A stretch of DNA of 23,127 nt from Elusimicrobiota bacterium (GTDB taxonomy: Bacteria; Elusimicrobiota; UBA8919): the NCBI GenBank assembly GCA_043816185.1, contig JBDRIG010000093.1:1-23127 (forward strand). Direction: 5' to 3'. Every line of letters begins with the position of its first letter. Position 1 is the first letter of the stretch. A program made the translations under genes and the position numbers. Under the pieces are notes generated by a model. That model did not search any database. It was not told the DNA's origin and saw nothing but the letters and a program-made list of their open reading frames with translations. Of the stretch, positions 22,880 through 23,127 are shown piece after piece.

Positions 22880-23127
22880 GAGACTGTGTCGCAATAGCAA
22901 AATGTTCGTCATTGAGACTGTGTCACAATCCATCTTTTACCATCTAGTGTTGGATTGCAGCACCATATTTTACCATCAGTTGCTATCTTCTATAAAAATG
23001 CAACTTTTTAGCTCATTGCAACACAATCTCATTACGAGCGACCTTGCCAGTCATTGCGAGAAACGAATGAAATGAGCGACGAAACAATCTCGAACTTCAA
23101 CTTCAACACAGAGATTGCCACGTCGTC
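22880..23127. repeat. TIR-headed CGTCATT-type palindromic repeat interrupted by MITE copy 2, truncated by window end
   Basis: TIR gagactgtgtcgcaat at 22880-22895. cgtcatt at 22907-22913 resumes as acgagcgaccttgccagtcattgcgag...aaacaatctc...gagattgccacg, homologous to 14568-14615. Confidence 0.75.
22914..23030. mobile_element. MITE copy 2 (117 bp), inverted relative to copy 1, with 3-bp ATT target duplication
   Basis: gagactgtgtcacaat (22914-22929) ... attgcaacacaatctc (23015-23030), flanked by att (22911-22913) and att (23031-23033). Confidence 0.85.

Noticed and set aside
22706..23075. ORFs 22706-22933 (-) and 22833-23075 (+), and a start-less minus-strand open frame around 22460-22700
   Set aside because: They run through MITE/REP sequence or lack a start codon and RBS; no transposase or other motifs.

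Overview
AT-rich window from a diderm bacterium, with all credible genes on the + strand. The gene families and protein styles suggest Elusimicrobiota or a similar lineage (inference, not proven). Block 1 (1-14165) is a tightly coupled envelope locus. It holds a giant 5'-truncated Ig-repeat surface protein with a T9SS type-B-like C-terminal domain (CTD) next to a PorP/SprF-like barrel+TPR protein. Then come two tandem MotB-like proteins, a degenerate ComEC-like metallo-beta-lactamase-fold protein and a small 2TM-HAMP protein. A beta-propeller protein with a type-A-like CTD sits next to a PorV-like barrel, followed by a TPR-LysM protein and a FliF(ring domain)-FliG fusion. No MotA, flagellar export/axial genes or GldK/L/M/N/SprA genes are visible. 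This looks like an unnamed T9SS-like export system associated with flagellar-motor-derived rotor and stator parts. Block 2 (14894-22537) is an outer-membrane/lipid A operon: bamA, skp/ompH with a repeat insertion, lpxD, lpxC-fabZ fusion, lpxA, lpxI. It is bracketed by two inverted copies of a ~117-bp MITE. Intergenic spacers contain nested CGTC/GTCAT-type palindromic repeats and GTAG-type REPs, and small repeat-like insertions occur in frame in several genes.
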